A DNA stretch of 53,328 nucleotides, filler included, from Jimgerdemannia flammicorona (taxonomy: Eukaryota): NCBI GenBank assembly GCA_003990765.1. It is 2 parts of 2 records of this genome, joined end to end, with 100 filler letters (N's around TTAATTAATTAA, not from the genome) between each part and the next. Parts side by side here need not be neighbours in the genome. Positions count along the whole stretch, not along the records: positions 26,716 to 53,328 come from RBNJ01000713.1; 1 more part is not named here. The stretch is one strand, 5' to 3'. Position 1 is the stretch's first letter. Each line of letters begins with the position of its first letter. Made by a program: the position numbers and the translations under genes. The notes under the pieces are model-generated. The model was not told the origin of the DNA and did no database searches. It worked only from the letters and a program-made list of their open reading frames with translations. Positions 49,957-53,328 of the stretch are shown here, one piece after another.

Positions 49957-52031
49957 TGTAAGCACACAACCTCCAAGCCACCGAAATTATACATCACCCT
50001 CTGAACAAAGCCACTGAAATTACACACGACCTCCGAACAAATCTGGAAATCACCTGCTTGATCATGAAGCTGAGTCAAACCGAAGTCACAGCGCACAAAG
50101 CTGAGTCAATACAAAGTCATGAAACACAAGATCTACACAAATGGAACCTTACCAATCAGGACCAAATGCATATATACTGAGCACCAAGACGCGTCGAATC
50201 AAAGAACCAAAACAAACAACAACCACAACTTCCAAATATACAAACATGACCACTGAGATCTACAACCGCATCCGTGCTGACATTTGGAATGCCATTGTCA
50301 ACCGAGCTACACCCCCTCTGCCCCTCATGAATATCCATAGCCTAGCACTCCTCTACTTCGTGGAAGCCCGATGGAATGCCCTGAACATGCTTAGTGAAGC
50401 CCACCGAATCGGACAAATCTCAAGCTACTACCAGATTGGCCGCCTCCTAGAAGACATGGTCGAACACCACTATGATACAGACATCACCCAGATGTCTCAA
50501 CACCAGAAGCTCATCGCTTGCAAACATCGAGAACTCTTCTATGAGTACAACACCTTTATTCCCCGCCTCCGAGTTACTACCAGCGAAATGGTTGCTACCC
50601 TGTCCTATGGCCAAATCGATGACATGATACAAGAAATCAACCACAAGTACCTCGAGTATGTCAAAACTACAGACAGAACCTTTCCACACCCTGATGACCA
50701 CATTCTACAAATGCCTCAAGTTGGATATGCCATGAAGGACGTCTACGATATAATCCACTTCGACGAAGATGAAGCAGAAGACAATGATCCCTCGGATACC
50801 AACATGACCTCTAGTCAAGGATCTCTGCCAACCCTGATCACTCCACCAACCTTGCCGATGAACTTACAACAGTTCATAACTGCATACGAGACTTATTGGG
50901 ACAATGACCACTGGCATGAATACCAACCCGTGTTCACCCCCGACTACTTCAACTACAATGAAGAGACCGGAGAACACAACCTGTACCTTCAGACAACCCT
51001 CGAGATTGAACCAACCACTCCACCACCCAAGTACGAGCGACTTGAACCACAGCCGCCATCTTACTACAATCTCATGACTCATAGTGCTGTAACCTATAGA
51101 AGGTATACAGACAGTGAATCCGATGAAAGCGAAGACAGTACACCCATTCTTCGCCCACCAACACCTTATCCAGCATATGAAACAGACGATGCTATCCTGT
51201 GGAATGGAGATGAAGTCCCAATGTATTACTACCTTAGCCAACAAGGAGAAGTAATCCGCGAACCACTCTTCCTAGATGACTACTTCATCTGAGATGATGC
51301 AATCGATGGTGATGTCATCGAGGACTACCCTGATAGCGCCTAAACCTATAAATAGTCTAGCAGTCATAATATAGATAGATTAGCCTTATACAACATGACT
51401 GTGAACTGACTCAGCAGTCAGATGATCTCTTGACATGTCAGATCACACTTGTACTACGTGACTGCATTCCGACTCAGCAAGGCACTTAGTGCTACATCCA
51501 TATCTAGCATAGTCTAGATAGCCCCTCACTAGTATAAATACCCCCTCCCCCAGACCTCAGAATCTCAGACTCAAACAGACTTGAACAATCTGAATGCAAC
51601 TCCTGAGCACTTTCCCACAATACCCCTTTATACAAATACTCCTAGTACAGCAATATCATGAATAGCAAATAAACCTATTTTATAACCCACAAACCACTCT
51701 TAAGTAAATCCGCTCCCTGTTAGGTCCTACTTCTAATCCTGTCACGAAATTTCCTAATTGGGTATTGTCTGCAGCGATACGCCAATTCAACTAAGCTGGT
51801 CTTAGTTTCTCGAACTTCCTGAAATACGGAAAATCCTGAACATCCAGAACTAGTCCAAAAAAGGACTTTGGTTGAGACGTCAACCCGATCTTGAAATCAA
51901 TAAGCGTAGAGGACGTACTCTATATGAAATTGATCTTGATCATAAGAAAACGGTCTTCCAGAATATCCAGAACTTCTAGAAAACCCTTCCAGAACTACGT
52001 AACGGTCACCCTAAAAAGTAACCCTCTTACA
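49957..52031 (+). repeat. 5' LTR of element 4 (2075 bp)
   Basis: 6-bp terminal inverted repeat. Starts exactly where LINE homology ends. TATAAATA at 51533, AATAAA at 51668, followed by ACT+PBS. The second LTR is not in the window. Confidence 0.8.
50141..51292 (+). CDS. LTR(U3)-encoded protein of unknown family, 383 aa, helical-looking N-half and acidic/Pro-rich C-half
   Basis: Uninterrupted ORF lying wholly inside the LTR, upstream of the TATA box. The TGA may be a mutated CGA, which would extend it to the TAA at ~51343. Confidence 0.8.
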   Translation: MEPYQSGPNAYILSTKTRRIKEPKQTTTTTSKYTNMTTEIYNRIRADIWNAIVNRATPPLPLMNIHSLALLYFVEARWNALNMLSEAHRIGQISSYYQIGRLLEDMVEHHYDTDITQMSQHQKLIACKHRELFYEYNTFIPRLRVTTSEMVATLSYGQIDDMIQEINHKYLEYVKTTDRTFPHPDDHILQMPQVGYAMKDVYDIIHFDEDEAEDNDPSDTNMTSSQGSLPTLITPPTLPMNLQQFITAYETYWDNDHWHEYQPVFTPDYFNYNEETGEHNLYLQTTLEIEPTTPPPKYERLEPQPPSYYNLMTHSAVTYRRYTDSESDESEDSTPILRPPTPYPAYETDDAILWNGDEVPMYYYLSQQGEVIREPLFLDDYFI

Positions 52032-52034
52032 ACT

Positions 52035-52046
52035 TGGTAGCAGCGG
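52035..52046 (+). other. Primer-binding site, likely tRNA-iMet
   Basis: TGGTAGCAGCGG lies 3 nt after the LTR's terminal CA. TGGTAGC matches the 3' end of eukaryotic initiator tRNA-Met. A CpG-decayed version occurs in element 3. Confidence 0.75.
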
Positions 52047-52138
52047 TTTACAATCCAGTTCCGCTTCAAGATGCTTCCTCACCCCACTACAAACCCTTCT
52101 GCGAATTCCTACAAGTTGGTATAAAGCCCAACCTCTGA

Positions 52139-53328
52139 ACTGGAATTTCTCCTGAACCTTCTGACAATCTGGAGAGAATTGAACCTGACGTACAAGGACA
52201 ATTTGACCTCCACACCTGCAACAAGTGGGACAAACTTCATTCAAAGAAAGAAGTACTCAAGTTAAACCAGCAAATAGGCGAAACCCTATTCACCGAACTC
52301 CTTGCACTACACCCAGCAAGTCAAGACGAAGAAGGTCTTATTGAAGCCTTCTTTACTCTTCTCAATAAGAGTTTTGTCAGCTCCGCAAATCCGAGTGACC
52401 TAGGACAACCAGCAGTAGTCTTTCTAGCCTTAGTTCCTTACGAAGCCCAAGCCTCTGTAGCCAAGTGGCTCAACTCTACCGACTTTCACCACATCAGGAC
52501 CAAGACCGCATTATACTATCGATTCCAGAACAGCAAGGCCCACCATATCCTTAAGGAAGAAGCAAGAGAAACCCTTTATCAACTACCTGACCCCAAACCT
52601 GAAGCAGGCCCTGCTACAACCCTACCTGAATCTGAAACCAATACTGAACCTGAACTTGACTTTGAATTAAGTCTATCTGAAATCAGATATACAACTGATT
52701 CTGTCTACTTTGACGCCAAGCAAACCCAATTACACGAGAACCAAACTGAAGAAGAGGAGGAGTATCTTACTGAATTCGATCCCGGATATACCACCGAAGG
52801 AGACGCACATCCATCAGGACAGAATACATCTACACAGCAACAAACAGCTATCTATCAAGCCCTCACTCCAGACCCACAACTACTACTCCAGCAGCTTACA
52901 CAGACTCAAAGAACCCCATCACACTCTGCACCAGTATCTCAAGTAGTACCAGTAACACCACTACCAGCAGTCCAACCACCTCCAGCAATCAACATGGCGA
53001 ACCAACAAATTCTGAATCTCACAGCCCAAGTAGCTATAATGGTAGCAACTATTACTGCCTTAGCCGAACAGACCCAATCTACCAAAAATCTGAGCCTACC
53101 TACCTTCAATGGTACTGTACAAGAAGTCCAAAGCTTCATCAGTGTAGTCGACAGCAACTTTGAAGCCAATCAATGGACCAATGAGCAAGTTGCTGACCAC
53201 GTTCTGACAAACAATCAAGACCACACCCTGGAACAACTCTTTGCTACCACTACAGCCTATGTCCGCCGAGTTGTTACATTCTTCCGAGGACCTGCCGAAG
53301 AATGGTGGCGAACCCTTCCTGAAAAACC
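52139..53328 (+). CDS. Gag of element 4 with long N-terminal extension (partial)
   Basis: No stop from 52139 to the window end. Capsid-like LPTFNGTVQEVQSFISVVDSNFEANQW..FFRGPAEEWW follows ATG 52994 and is homologous to element 3 gag. Confidence 0.82.

Larger units (their letters stand above)
49957..53328 (+). mobile_element. Young LTR retrotransposon 4 (5' LTR, PBS, gag; runs off the window), Ty3/Gypsy by gag similarity to element 3
   Basis: LTR TGTAAG(49957)..CTTACA(52031) and PBS TGGTAGCAGCGG. Gag frame open 52139-53328. Retains many CpGs, unlike the flanking LINE. Confidence 0.88.

Overview
Eukaryotic, fungal-type window; the gene style and TE families suggest an early-diverging, TE-rich Mucoromycota-like fungus, which is inference. 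A CpG-rich gene island (~14.8-26.6 kb) holds a multi-intron DHA2-type MFS transporter (-), a secreted expansin/loosenin-like DPBB protein (+) and a Phx1/Hoy1/Pah1-type homeobox TF (-). It is flanked by CpG-depleted, C>T/G>A-hypermutated transposon graveyards: at least six copies or relics of one L1/Tx1-like LINE family and three Ty3/Gypsy LTR retrotransposons, several of them nested. An artificial 100-bp N/TTAATTAATTAA/N spacer at 26616-26715 means the two halves may not be truly adjacent. The main discovery is that two distinct LTR retrotransposons have very long LTRs (1536 and 2075 bp) whose U3 regions encode apparently homologous proteins of unknown family, intact (383 aa) in the young CpG-retaining element and stop-disrupted in the old one. 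Second, two elements with different RT types share a dUTPase plus a conserved Cys/His module placed in opposite order around the protease. Third, repeats show transition-only mutation, much of it at CpA, resembling RIP.
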